Of a stretch of 64,000 nucleotides of DNA, positions 17,910 through 27,401 are shown one piece after another. Numbering within the stretch: the stretch's first letter is position 1; each line of letters begins with the position of its first letter. Position numbers and translations under genes: made by a program. Origin of the DNA: an uncultured virus (IMG/VR IMGVR_UViG_3300036398_005010) (lineage: Duplodnaviria; Heunggongvirae; Uroviricota; Caudoviricetes); IMG/VR virus record IMGVR_UViG_3300036398_005010, one strand, 5' to 3'. The notes under the pieces are model-generated. The model was given only the letters and a program-made list of their open reading frames with translations, had not been told where the DNA came from and searched no databases.

Positions 17910-19579
17910 CCGAGAGAGAGCAGGCGCTTGAGAGGGCCCGGCAGGCGCAGCAGGAGTTGCTGAAAAGAAATCAGGGGCTTCAGGGGTTTCAGCCTGGCGC
18001 CCAGGGACTCGGGAGATTGATTGGTCAGTCGCCAGCCAGCCAGCTCGGGCAAGGGGTCATACAAGGCTCGCGGGAGCAGGTAGACACGGCTGCTTACCCA
18101 GGAAGCGGAAACAGGGCATCGCTCAAGTCGGTGGCAAGAGAGTTTACTGATTTGTATGGCCTGGAACTACAGCCACAGCTGGAAGGGTCTCCATTCGCGT
18201 TTCACGATGGCGCGCACAAGGTGGTTAACGCTCCGGCAACCATCTATGGAGAGCTTCTCCAGAACGCTGCTGACAAAGCGGCGTTCGGAGAGCTTTACAA
18301 CTCTGGAACAATTCAAGGCAATCCAGCAAGTTACTTGCCGGAAGAGCTCTTGGAACTGAGAAAAAGAGACGGAGAAAGACTAAAGTCTTCGTTTGTCAAC
18401 TATGGCTTTATGCCGGAAAGGCAGGACTACGAGTCTTACAAAAAACGCTCAATAGAACAGGGAGCCGACCCACAAGCGTTCGAGAGGGGCTCCGGCACAT
18501 GGCAACAGCAGGTGCTTTACAGGGCGAATGAGCAAGAGGGGGATTTGAACTCTGTAATTAAAGTTGCAAATGAAAGATTCAGAAAGGGTGATCAAACCTT
18601 TTTCCAGGGCTCGGGAGACTGGAATCCAGAAGAAGGCTTCATGCCTTCGCCAGACTTAAGAAATCCTCAAAGGGTTGATCCAGATGATATGAATATCGCT
18701 AAGTCGAGAGGCAAGGCATTTGCTCAGGACCTGGTTCGCGGGTATCAGGAAGCGGTCAAGTCGGGCGAGTACAAACCGACAAGGCCCGTACTGGGTGGCG
18801 CAATTCATGCGGCTGATCTTTCAGATGCTGCCATGAGCGGCTCCTTGCAGGTGGGAAGAGGATGGCAGGACGAAGGGATCTTTCCCTACGTAGACAGGAT
18901 CAATCAATTATCGAATCCTCCCGCCAGGATCAATGCAGCGCCAGACGATCTTGAATGGGGCCTGGAACTTGCCAGCAAGGCCCGCAGAGGAAGAGCGGTT
19001 GACCGGGTCAGCGGCGCCATCCGCACCGGGGCCAACGCCACCACCGACATCGCCGGCTCGGTGCCGTTGTTCGACCCGGAGTTTCGCCAGGCGGTGGAGC
19101 AAGGCCGACCCAGCGCTGCTGCGGGCATCGTGGCCAGGGACTACGCCATCGGCACCGCTGCTGCTCCGGTCGCGGGGGTAGGGGCGGGTGTTCTGCAGCG
19201 CGTGGCACCGAGGGCCGCAGCCCGGGTCCTGCCGGCAGTCGCGGGCGCCACCCGGGTCGGCAACCCAGTCGCCGTGGTGTCCCAACTTGGAGGCGACAGC
19301 CGCCAGACCCAGGCCCAGGCGGTGGCCGCCCGCCAGAGGGCTGCGGCCCAGCTGAACGCTGCACACCAAGCCAGGCAGCGGGGCGGGCGCTGGGGCATCG
19401 GCTCTCTGCGCTTGCCGGAGCTGGGTATCAGCGAGGCGGGTGGACTGCTATTTGGTGGCAACAGAAGCGGCCGCCAGGTCGGCACCAGGGCGGTGCTTGG
19501 CGGAAAGCCGGTCGTCTGGACCGGCGACAGCTACGGGTGGCAATCGCCGGCCTCTGCTGCCAAGGTCGGGGTGAGGTGA
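17906..19579 (+). CDS. mosaic 557-aa protein with lower-GC central domain
   Basis: Continuous ORF; GC-rich termini, AT-richer core ~18100-18960. Confidence 0.75.
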   Translation: MTEREQALERARQAQQELLKRNQGLQGFQPGAQGLGRLIGQSPASQLGQGVIQGSREQVDTAAYPGSGNRASLKSVAREFTDLYGLELQPQLEGSPFAFHDGAHKVVNAPATIYGELLQNAADKAAFGELYNSGTIQGNPASYLPEELLELRKRDGERLKSSFVNYGFMPERQDYESYKKRSIEQGADPQAFERGSGTWQQQVLYRANEQEGDLNSVIKVANERFRKGDQTFFQGSGDWNPEEGFMPSPDLRNPQRVDPDDMNIAKSRGKAFAQDLVRGYQEAVKSGEYKPTRPVLGGAIHAADLSDAAMSGSLQVGRGWQDEGIFPYVDRINQLSNPPARINAAPDDLEWGLELASKARRGRAVDRVSGAIRTGANATTDIAGSVPLFDPEFRQAVEQGRPSAAAGIVARDYAIGTAAAPVAGVGAGVLQRVAPRAAARVLPAVAGATRVGNPVAVVSQLGGDSRQTQAQAVAARQRAAAQLNAAHQARQRGGRWGIGSLRLPELGISEAGGLLFGGNRSGRQVGTRAVLGGKPVVWTGDSYGWQSPASAAKVGVR

Positions 19580-19583
19580 CCCC

Positions 19584-19895
19584 ATGAGAATGGCAGGAGA
19601 CGAGCAGGTGCTGCGACTGCTCGCAATGGATTCCAAGGACATCATCGACTTGGAGGAAGCGGTCAAGACTGGAGCGGTGAGCAAGGCGTTCCGCAATATC
19701 GTCGGCTACTTGGGCCACGCCGAGGCGGCAGCCAGGGCGGCGCTCCCTGGTTCCGTTTCCCTGGCCGCAAGGGTCGATCCGTACATGAGGGTCTTGGCAA
19801 GCCCGACCTCTACCCAGGATCAACAGATGGCGGCGATGACAGCCATGGCGGAGATCATGGGGTCCCGATCCAAGACACAAGAAAAGTTGGCGTGA
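19584..19895 (+). CDS. hypothetical protein, N-terminus MRMAGD
   Basis: Shares a PYM.V...S...QQ.AA...M..M segment with 20027..20275. Confidence 0.7.
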   Translation: MRMAGDEQVLRLLAMDSKDIIDLEEAVKTGAVSKAFRNIVGYLGHAEAAARAALPGSVSLAARVDPYMRVLASPTSTQDQQMAAMTAMAEIMGSRSKTQEKLA

Positions 19896-19904
19896 GGCGA
19901 CCCC

Positions 19905-20021
19905 ATGAGAATGGCCGGAGACAAGCTCGCTGCTGCCTGCTGGAAGGGCTACGAAGCAATCGGCACAAAGACCAAGGGCGGCCGTAAGGTGCCCAACTGC
20001 GTGCCGGTCAAAAAGGGGTGA
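19905..20021 (+). CDS. 38-aa protein MRMAGDKLAAACWKGYEAIGTKTKGGRKVPNCVPVKKG
   Basis: Hand translation; the CWKGY...VPNCVP module resembles a small module recurrent in phage proteins; below the ORF-track cutoff. Confidence 0.8.
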   Translation: MRMAGDKLAAACWKGYEAIGTKTKGGRKVPNCVPVKKG

Positions 20022-20026
20022 CGAGC

Positions 20027-20275
20027 ATGACGCGGATGGCTGGTCAGAACCTGGTATCACTGGTCGCTCCATACATGGAGGTCTTTCAGAACCGGTCCTC
20101 AGCGCCAAGTCAACAACAGGCTGCCGCAGTCGGCTTGATGGATCTAATGGAGCGACTGGGAGTTGGACCAGTGATGGATCCAAGAGACTACAGGACTGAC
20201 GACGGCTTGTGGCGAAGCGAGCTGCTGCCCTGGGATGTCACAATTGATCAAGCTATTCAGGACGGCATCTGGTGA
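20027..20275 (+). CDS. hypothetical protein, N-terminus MTRMAGQ
   Basis: ATG at 20027. Confidence 0.7.
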   Translation: MTRMAGQNLVSLVAPYMEVFQNRSSAPSQQQAAAVGLMDLMERLGVGPVMDPRDYRTDDGLWRSELLPWDVTIDQAIQDGIW

Positions 20276-20517
20276 TGACGGGGCGTGAACTACTGGAGAT
20301 GGAAGCCGCGCGGTTCGAAGCGCTTTCCTCCGCTGAGCAGGAGGAGGAGCTGAGAGGCCAGAGAGAGGCGGGATGGCTTGTCAGGCAGAGGGACAGGGCG
20401 ATAATCGCGCCCAGCCCTTCCCGGGTTGCCGCCTGGCCAGCGGAACCCGAGCAGCGCTCAACAGAAAGCGCCACGGCGATACCGTTCGCCCCGTTGTATT
20501 TCGCCCCGCTGCTTTGA
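20275..20517 (+). CDS. hypothetical protein
   Basis: TGATG coupling. Confidence 0.55.
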   Translation: MTGRELLEMEAARFEALSSAEQEEELRGQREAGWLVRQRDRAIIAPSPSRVAAWPAEPEQRSTESATAIPFAPLYFAPLL

Positions 20518-20551
20518 CGGGGTGGCGACGGCAGTGATCTGCGACAGTGAG

Positions 20552-20803
20552 CTAAGCCGGCCCCACGCCCAGCCCCGGCAGCGGCTGCTTGCTCCCGGGC
20601 GGCAGTCGCCGGCAGGGGAATTGCTTGCAGCAGCGATCAGCTGGTAGACCCGGGATGGGGCAGACAACAGCAGCCCGCAGGTCGGGGTCCCGCTCGGGTC
20701 TGGGCTTCGGGTTCTCGGGAGTTTCAGCCGGTGGATCGACCACCTGGGCGGGCTCGAGTCCCAGTCCCTCGCCTGCCATGCGGTAGCGCGGCTGCTCTGG
20801 CAT
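20552..20803 (-). CDS. hypothetical protein (RMAGE near N-terminus, Cys-rich C-terminus)
   Basis: TGATG coupling with 20803..21012. Confidence 0.55.
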   Translation of the reverse strand: MPEQPRYRMAGEGLGLEPAQVVDPPAETPENPKPRPERDPDLRAAVVCPIPGLPADRCCKQFPCRRLPPGSKQPLPGLGVGPA

Positions 20804-21012
20804 CAGAGGCCGGCGTGATCGCCACCGCGTTCCCGCCTGGCGTGCTTGGCAGCGACGCGCTCCTTGAGGCGGGCTGCGAAGTCCCCAGGCCTGCGCTCGC
20901 TGCTGCTCTCTCGGGGCTCGCGGCCGCGGATCATCTCCTTGGCGCGGTCCTTGTGGCGATCCAGTGTGCCGCGCCGCCGGCTGCTGTGGTCTGCCTGATC
21001 CTTGTGATTCAC
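20803..21012 (-). CDS. small basic hypothetical protein
   Basis: GTGA overlap with the exonuclease. Confidence 0.5.
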   Translation of the reverse strand: MNHKDQADHSSRRRGTLDRHKDRAKEMIRGREPRESSSERRPGDFAARLKERVAAKHARRERGGDHAGL

Positions 21013-21815
21013 GAGATCGCGAGAAGCCTCTCCTTCATGGTAGGCAGGGCGATCACGTTGTTTGCCGAGGCTTCCGCTTCAGCGAGCTCCTGCTCCTGGG
21101 CGATCAGGCGGTAGTAGTCACCGACCCGCTGCAGCCACTTGTAGCGGAAGCGATCCATCTCATCGCCGCGCAGGATGAAGCTCTGATCGATCTCGGGGGT
21201 CGTGACCATGATCTGGCCGACGTCGACGGAGATGTCGAGGGTTTCTTCCAGGGCGATGGCGTAGGCCGCCAGCTGGACTCCGCACTTGTTGAACTTGCTC
21301 CAGCCGCCGAACTGAGCCCGGTTGTCCTCCCTGGGGTAGTAGCGGCTGTAGGGAGCAACGGAGCTCTTGAAGTCCGCCAGCCAGATGGCGCCTTTGCGCA
21401 GGCCAACCAGGTCGGGGCAGCCGCAGTAGCGGTGCTGGTGAGACCAGACCCGGGAGATACCCTCCTCGCCGATACAGAAGGACCACTCAGGCCGCAGGGG
21501 TTTCTCGGACCAGATGAAGGAGTCGTAGCGATCGAGGTGCTTGGAGAGCCCGTCCCAGTACGGGAGGAGCTCTTCAGGGACATCGATGGGGCGACCGCGG
21601 ATGTAGGCCTCGCAGGCGGCGTGGATGATGGAGCCCCGCTTGGCTGCTGCCTCCCGGGCGCCAGGGTTACGCAGGTTCCATTGGGCAAGGGTCTGCTGGG
21701 CTTTGGCGCCGGCGGTCTTGCCGAGGATGGCCGTCACCGACGGGTAGGCCTTGGTGGCATCGTCACCGGTGCGGTAGTAGCGGACCCCGTTGATCTCGAA
21801 CCGCGTCGGCAGCAT
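21009..21815 (-). CDS. PD-(D/E)XK exonuclease (Cas4/MGME1-like)
   Basis: YPSVTAILG, RGSIIHAACE, YCGCPDLVG, LADFKSS, QLAAYA. Confidence 0.85.
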   Translation of the reverse strand: MLPTRFEINGVRYYRTGDDATKAYPSVTAILGKTAGAKAQQTLAQWNLRNPGAREAAAKRGSIIHAACEAYIRGRPIDVPEELLPYWDGLSKHLDRYDSFIWSEKPLRPEWSFCIGEEGISRVWSHQHRYCGCPDLVGLRKGAIWLADFKSSVAPYSRYYPREDNRAQFGGWSKFNKCGVQLAAYAIALEETLDISVDVGQIMVTTPEIDQSFILRGDEMDRFRYKWLQRVGDYYRLIAQEQELAEAEASANNVIALPTMKERLLAIS

Positions 21816-21922
21816 CCACCCGTCTCACACTGAGACCAGGCTAGCGGGATGAGAATGTCGCTTTGTGAGACGTGGCAGGCGCTTGCGTGAGTCGCTGAAT
21901 TCGCGGTCCTTGTATTTTTGGA

Positions 21923-22351
21923 TCAGTCCCTAGTCTCTTGCATCCTTCGATCAATCTCCAACCGCGCCTGCCGCTGCTCATTGTCCGAACAAGGGGAATG
22001 GCCACAGAGGCCCTCTTCTTCCATGAAGTAGCCGTGCCCTCGCAGTATCCAGCGAAAGCGAGCCGCGTCGGCTGCCTCGCTTTCGTCCACCGGGACTGGT
22101 CGGCGTTCTTCGTGTAGTCGCTTGATGAGGTAATCACGATTGGGAACAGAAATGTCCTTGCTGATGAGTTGCTTGATGGCGTTCAACTCGTAATCGGCGC
22201 CAGCGCGATACAGCCAAAGAGCGAACGACTGAAGCCGGCTTTCGGTCATCGTCACCAATCCAGTCTTGCCACCGTATGAGTATTCGGGTTGATCTAGGAA
22301 GGTTTGCAGGAGGCCGTCTGGCAATGAGACGGGGTGATCGTTTTGGTCCAT
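21923..22351 (-). CDS. hypothetical protein
   Basis: ATG, lower GC, DAARFRW module. Confidence 0.65.
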   Translation of the reverse strand: MDQNDHPVSLPDGLLQTFLDQPEYSYGGKTGLVTMTESRLQSFALWLYRAGADYELNAIKQLISKDISVPNRDYLIKRLHEERRPVPVDESEAADAARFRWILRGHGYFMEEEGLCGHSPCSDNEQRQARLEIDRRMQETRD

Positions 22352-22384
22352 GGTGGTGTTGATGGTTTGGGTCTCAATGGCTTT

Positions 22385-22639
22385 TCAGGTGCGAATGCAG
22401 TCCTCCCACTGCACAGCGCCGGAGATCTCTTCGCAGCCGACGATGGCGCAGTTGTCGGTGAGCCAGTCCTCGCAGAGCAGTGAAAGCAACCGCTGCCGAT
22501 TGGTGGGCTCGGCCCAGTGGTCCGGGTCGAAGTCCTTCATGCGACTGTCATCGAGGGATACGCCGAGGCAGTAGCGGTTGATCGACATCTCATAGGTCGG
22601 ATGGACCACGGAGACGAGCAGGTGGATGTAGCGCTTCAT
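22385..22639 (-). CDS. hypothetical protein
   Basis: ATGA-coupled. Confidence 0.6.
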   Translation of the reverse strand: MKRYIHLLVSVVHPTYEMSINRYCLGVSLDDSRMKDFDPDHWAEPTNRQRLLSLLCEDWLTDNCAIVGCEEISGAVQWEDCIRT

Positions 22640-22905
22640 GGGGATTCCAGGTCGTCGGCCATCAAGCGAAGCTCGTTTGCGACGAAAGACATACCATTTA
22701 GGCATGTGGTTGCCAGAATGTCTGACGCCTCTTGATAGTTTCGCCTGCTGGGCGCCACCTGATCCGCAGCAGCGTGGAGGGCGGCGGCGGCGAGTTGTGC
22801 GTTTTCCCCGCTGAAATCCATGTTCACTTGATACATGGCATCCAGCACCGCCTGAGCCGCTGGGGAGAGGACCATTTTCGTGGGGCCAGGAAATTGGTCA
22901 GCCAC
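22636..22905 (-). CDS. hypothetical protein (LSPAAQAVLDA module)
   Basis: Coupled; recurrent cyanophage-type module. Confidence 0.65.
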   Translation of the reverse strand: MADQFPGPTKMVLSPAAQAVLDAMYQVNMDFSGENAQLAAAALHAAADQVAPSRRNYQEASDILATTCLNGMSFVANELRLMADDLESP

Positions 22906-23773
22906 GGTCGGCCTCCCGTCGAAGCTCGGCCACCACTTCCGCCACCACTTCCGCTGCGGAGTCGCACCACTGCCCTTGAATAGCTTCCAAAAACGCCGCC
23001 ACCTCGCGGATTGCGGCGCGGCAGTCGTTGATCACGTATTCATCCTGTGGGCAACTGCTGTCGAGGGCCATTGCCACCCTCTCCACCAACCCCCCAGCGG
23101 GCTGGGCCTCGGCGCTGGCGGCGCGGAGTTCGGGCATGGGCGGCACCTCCGCACCGGGCACCGGCAGGGCGTTGTGGGGGAGCCAGTGGGACGCGCATCG
23201 GACGGCGGCCTTGAAAGTTGTCAGCTCCCAAAAGGTTGAATATCCACCACGGCCACCATCAGCTACTGCCAGTGTCAGCCACCAACACCTCCCCTCCGCA
23301 TCGCAATCCTCCGGCCCCGGCAATCGCTCTGCCACGGGCAACGGCTCGATGGTGGGGCGGGTGTAGCGGGTGAGAGCGCCTTGGACCATGTTCGCAATTC
23401 GGGGGATGCGGTGCGCGTTGTCCCCCCAATGCCCTTGCTGCTCTAACCATTGGCAAACATCCCAGTGGCTCGGCCCCGCCGGCTCGGGCTGGGCCCGTGG
23501 TGATGACGCACGTTCGATCAATGCTGATCGGTACTGGTCCACTGATTGGAATAATGCTGCATAGGCATCGTGCCCAAGTAATGCCAACCAGTAAGACTGG
23601 TTCATGGGACGGCCATCTGTGATTGGCCCCACCCCCTCCGGCTTGGACTGGGCCAGGGCGGCGCGGGCGTTGTCTATTGCCGCCAGGAAATCACCCTCGG
23701 CAGCGGCGGCGTCATGGTGAACGGCATCAGATGCGCGAACGAGCTCAGCACACAACTCTCTCCAGTTAGCCAT
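22898..23773 (-). CDS. mosaic hypothetical protein (WRELCAEL and ERLPGPEDCDAEGRCW modules)
   Basis: Patchwork of short modules with GC shifts. Confidence 0.7.
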   Translation of the reverse strand: MANWRELCAELVRASDAVHHDAAAAEGDFLAAIDNARAALAQSKPEGVGPITDGRPMNQSYWLALLGHDAYAALFQSVDQYRSALIERASSPRAQPEPAGPSHWDVCQWLEQQGHWGDNAHRIPRIANMVQGALTRYTRPTIEPLPVAERLPGPEDCDAEGRCWWLTLAVADGGRGGYSTFWELTTFKAAVRCASHWLPHNALPVPGAEVPPMPELRAASAEAQPAGGLVERVAMALDSSCPQDEYVINDCRAAIREVAAFLEAIQGQWCDSAAEVVAEVVAELRREADRG

Positions 23774-24380
23774 TGGTGGATTCCCCGGAGATGAGGCCTT
23801 TGGCGATCAGGACATCGCGAGCCGCGGGACGCAGGTTGCCGTCTGGATCAAAGAGGGCATAGGCAACGTCGGCAAACCGCAGCTGCTCGGATGCGGAAAA
23901 GCCAGCTTGGTAGGCGCGTGTGGCGATCAAGTCGTAGCGATCTCGGCGGCCGTAGGGAGGCTCGTCCAGGGTTGAGGCAAAGTTCGATGCTTCTGCCTTC
24001 CAGCAGTCAACCTGATGCCTTGTTGGAGCAACAGGTGGGCCGCCCTTGCCATTTGTGAATACATCTTCATCCAAGTAGAAGACTGGTTCTTGCCAGATAC
24101 GCTGACGAAAAGAGATGTAGGGTTCGTTGGCCATTGGACTCCTTCTCTTCAGAGATGACTTGGCCACATTCTGGGCACTGCCAGTAGAGGCTTCTGCTGT
24201 CAGCCATAAATCTCCTTCACTTGCGGGGGTAGATGAATTGGGGTTCACACGCACATGCAAGGAACTTGTTTGGCCTCCATGTTGAAAGTTGCTCCACCAC
24301 TGCCGGAGTGCGTACGCTTCAATAGATGTCTCAGGAATGACATCAAGAGTTCCGGTTGAATTGATAGTTGCTTTCATCAC
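23766..24380 (-). CDS. hypothetical protein, lower GC (possibly two fused modules; internal ATG at 24134)
   Basis: ORF track. Confidence 0.55.
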   Translation of the reverse strand: MMKATINSTGTLDVIPETSIEAYALRQWWSNFQHGGQTSSLHVRVNPNSSTPASEGDLWLTAEASTGSAQNVAKSSLKRRSPMANEPYISFRQRIWQEPVFYLDEDVFTNGKGGPPVAPTRHQVDCWKAEASNFASTLDEPPYGRRDRYDLIATRAYQAGFSASEQLRFADVAYALFDPDGNLRPAARDVLIAKGLISGESTNG

Positions 24381-24628
24381 TCGTAGTCCTCCTGTTGAGT
24401 GGGTTGCGAGCTGACAAGCATGACAGGGGTTTCGACCTGTTCGATGATTTTCATGGCCCTGGATACCTCTTCTTGGGAGCGAAGGATCCGACCAACAAGG
24501 TCCTCTTTGCTGGCAAGAATGGCGTCAACGGCAGCCACTCTGCGAGCGAGAGAGGCGTAAGCCAGAGCAAAGTTGGGCGGAATGATCTCAAGAGCCTCGA
24601 GGGCAAAGAATTCAGTTGGGTTGGTCAT
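24377..24628 (-). CDS. hypothetical protein
   Basis: ATG at 24628. Confidence 0.55.
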   Translation of the reverse strand: MTNPTEFFALEALEIIPPNFALAYASLARRVAAVDAILASKEDLVGRILRSQEEVSRAMKIIEQVETPVMLVSSQPTQQEDYE

Positions 24629-25085
24629 TTGGAGAACTGGATTGAGGTGGATTTCCTGGGAACAATGTTGAGCCCTGCATCTCGGACTCGATGTAGTCCA
24701 GGCCCTCTCTGCTGCCCCGATACTCATCGAGCGTGCGCAGCAGCTGACGGGCCAGGACGGCGGAGCCCTTGGTCATCTCGGCGATATAGTCGCCACCGGC
24801 TCCGGCGGTCTGGCCGTCGAGGCGGTCGCTGAGCACGGGGCCCAGGATGGCGGCGTACATCAGGACCATGGGGTCGGTCTGGTAGGCGCGGAAGCTGCTG
24901 CCTCCGGCCGTGAAGCCGTCGACGATCTTGGTGAGGTCCGCAAGGGCCTTGTTCAGCTGGCGCAGGAGTTGCTCAGTCTTCTGCTGCTGAGAGGCCAGGG
25001 TGTCCAGGGCTTGGCGGATGCCAGTCACCTCGACGACCAGGGCATCAGAGGTCGGACTGGTCGAATTCGGGGACGATGGTGCCAT
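24612..25085 (-). CDS. hypothetical coiled-coil protein
   Basis: Phage-like codon usage. Confidence 0.65.
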   Translation of the reverse strand: MAPSSPNSTSPTSDALVVEVTGIRQALDTLASQQQKTEQLLRQLNKALADLTKIVDGFTAGGSSFRAYQTDPMVLMYAAILGPVLSDRLDGQTAGAGGDYIAEMTKGSAVLARQLLRTLDEYRGSREGLDYIESEMQGSTLFPGNPPQSSSPNDQPN

Positions 25086-25284
25086 CGAAGTTCTTACAGA
25101 GGAGCAGTGTCGATCGATCGATCGGGTCGAGGCAGTGCCAGGCCTGGTTGATCTCGTTTTCATCATGGCGCTGGAAGAGAAGACGCACCTGGCTTTTGTG
25201 AGTGGCCTGGCGCAAGGCCTCCAGGATCAGGGGATTGCAGGGCAAGGAAGGCCGGCTGCTGCTCGATGGTGTCGATGTGGGCAT
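25045..25284 (-). CDS. hypothetical protein
   Basis: ATG at 25284. Confidence 0.5.
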   Translation of the reverse strand: MPTSTPSSSSRPSLPCNPLILEALRQATHKSQVRLLFQRHDENEINQAWHCLDPIDRSTLLLCKNFDGTIVPEFDQSDL

Positions 25285-25501
25285 ATCGCCCGATGTGTCT
25301 TGCATAGATCAAGGAGTCAAGAGCGGAGTGGCAGTCGCAGACGGGGGTGCCAGGAGGGGCGACCAAAAGGAAGCCGCTGTGGCGGCCGCAGGGGAAGGCG
25401 TGGCCAGGGCTGGTGAGCTGATCACGGAAGTCGGAAAGGAGAGAACGAGCGGCCAGTGAAAGTTGCATACGTCTAAATTGAAGGCACGACTGTTAAAACC
25501 T

Positions 25502-25801
25502 ATGGAACACCCTGAGAGCTGTGGCAGCCAGGCACTTGAGCCATCAGTGGGAGAACTGTTGCGGTTGAGACAGTTCTTGAGCGGGATCGAGAAGCTGGGA
25601 GAAAAAGAACTGAGAGAGCTATGCGGACAGTTGGCGCACCATGTGCTGGTGCTCCACCCTTCTGTTGTGCGATTCCTGGTGAAGGAGATCGCTGGCGCAC
25701 CGTTCACTGCCCAGCACCGAGACGAGATCCGTCAGGAGGTGGTGGCAGCCGTCAGAAAAGGCGCCAGCGGAATCGCTGACGCCGAGACTAAAGACCTCTA
25801 G
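25502..25801 (+). CDS. divergent NblA-like helical hairpin protein
   Basis: LEPSVGELLRLRQFLSGIEKLGEKELRELCGQL resembles NblA spacing; isolated plus-strand gene. Confidence 0.45.
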   Translation: MEHPESCGSQALEPSVGELLRLRQFLSGIEKLGEKELRELCGQLAHHVLVLHPSVVRFLVKEIAGAPFTAQHRDEIRQEVVAAVRKGASGIADAETKDL

Positions 25802-25921
25802 GTTGGCAGCAACCAAAGAACGAGAGCCCTTTGGCAGACCAGGCCCAACAGGAGGCCAGGTAGCACCAGCAGGCTGATGATTACTGCGGACCTGATCGAG
25901 TTCCTCCAGTAGGCCATTGGG

Positions 25922-26608
25922 TCACCAGCCCCCTGCTGCACCAATCTCGTGGTCGGCGCCCAGGTCGTCGCGGCGGGTGAGCGGCGTCGAGGACTCCGGG
26001 GCGGCAGTGGGCTCTGAAGGTTTGCCGCAGAAGGGGTCGCCGCCCTCGTAAAGAGCGGGCAGCCAGATGCCGTCCCTGGCGTCAAGCCAGCGCTGCTGGT
26101 CAGCCTTGGTGGCCACCTTGAGGGTGGGCACGACCGTGTAACTGGTGTCGGTTTTGAGGCCTTTGCGGCTGATCGTCAGGTAGAAGTTGGCCAGCTCGCC
26201 GTTGTTGATCTCGTAGTCCTCCATGTCGAGGACCGCTTCGATCTGCTCGCGGATCTTGCCTTGGGTGATGTCGAAGATCTGGAACTCATCGGGAGCCTCC
26301 TTGCGCAGGCAGCACCAGGAGAGGAAGAAGACCGGCTTGTCCTTCTCGCCGGTGCCCTGGATCTTGCCCTCGTAGGTCAGACCGACGTCGTCGAGGTAGT
26401 TCTTGGGGAACTGGGGGAAGCGCCTGGGGCGGCCCTCCATCGTGAAGTAGGTGTAGCCGGCGACAGCGTGGCCAGTGTAGGGGGTGCCGCACAGGCGTAG
26501 GGTTGTGGACTCGCCGTCCTTGAGCTTCTTGGCGTTGAAGTAGCGGGAGGAGGAGGAGGAGTCTTCAGGGGTGTAGGAGCCCTTGGGGAAGAGGTCTGCG
26601 AGTGGCAT
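25922..26608 (-). CDS. putative ssDNA-binding/recombination protein (OB-fold-like)
   Basis: YFNAKKLKDGESTTLRL...FDITQGKIREQI...LTISRKGLKTDTSYTVVP; acidic tail. Confidence 0.55.
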   Translation of the reverse strand: MPLADLFPKGSYTPEDSSSSSRYFNAKKLKDGESTTLRLCGTPYTGHAVAGYTYFTMEGRPRRFPQFPKNYLDDVGLTYEGKIQGTGEKDKPVFFLSWCCLRKEAPDEFQIFDITQGKIREQIEAVLDMEDYEINNGELANFYLTISRKGLKTDTSYTVVPTLKVATKADQQRWLDARDGIWLPALYEGGDPFCGKPSEPTAAPESSTPLTRRDDLGADHEIGAAGGW

Positions 26609-26634
26609 GGATGGATGGGATGGGTGGAGAAGAG

Positions 26635-27315
26635 TCAGTTCCAGTCGGAAGTGGTGCCGATGTCATCCGGTGTGCCCATGTAGGACTCCTGGTCGTAGCC
26701 AACGGCTGTGGTGCCAGCGGCTGGGTTGCCGCCGCCGCCTTTGTTGCGGTGGATGCGAATCGAGCGGGCGCGAACCTCGCAGTAGGGCTCACCTTTGGCC
26801 GAGGTCATCTGGCTCAGGGAGCCGGACACCTGGATCAGGGCCCCGGTGAGGATGCGCTCGAGCTTCTCGAGGTTGTAGCCAAAGCCGCGGATGCGGTACC
26901 AGTCGGTGATCTCGACCGGGTCCTCGGTGTCCGGTTGGCGGACGTAGCGGTTGATCGCGATCGAGCGGCTGGCGCTCTTACCGGATTCAGCCATGCGACA
27001 TTCGCCGCCGACGTGGCCGACGACGACAACCTCATTGAGGTACTGGTCAGGGTGGGCATCACAGACCACGCCGGTGGTGATCTGTGGAGTGTTGCCATCG
27101 TTGATCAGGCAGACCTCCCCGCTGGCAATCAGCAGGTCGCCACTCTTCTTGGCCAGCAGGGCGGTCGCAGACGCAGTGCCAGAGATGGCACGCAGGACGA
27201 CCGATACCGGCTGGCTGCCCTGGACGGCGGCGGGGACGTGAATGACCTCGCGTCCGTCCAGGGTGGTGGTAGTGGGCTGGTCTTCGAGGGCAACGATGAG
27301 CGATGCGTAGCTCAT
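26635..27315 (-). CDS. ssb: single-stranded DNA-binding protein with tandem OB domains
   Basis: LNEVVVVGHVGGE...SIAINRY...TDWYRIRGFG...GALIQVSGSL; acidic tail. Confidence 0.75.
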   Translation of the reverse strand: MSYASLIVALEDQPTTTTLDGREVIHVPAAVQGSQPVSVVLRAISGTASATALLAKKSGDLLIASGEVCLINDGNTPQITTGVVCDAHPDQYLNEVVVVGHVGGECRMAESGKSASRSIAINRYVRQPDTEDPVEITDWYRIRGFGYNLEKLERILTGALIQVSGSLSQMTSAKGEPYCEVRARSIRIHRNKGGGGNPAAGTTAVGYDQESYMGTPDDIGTTSDWN

Positions 27316-27401
27316 GGGCACCAGTGAAGGGCAAGCCAACATACCCCAGATGCTTGCCTTGGCAAGCGCCCGGCAAGGGGATGCAGCTGAACGATGACTC
27401 T

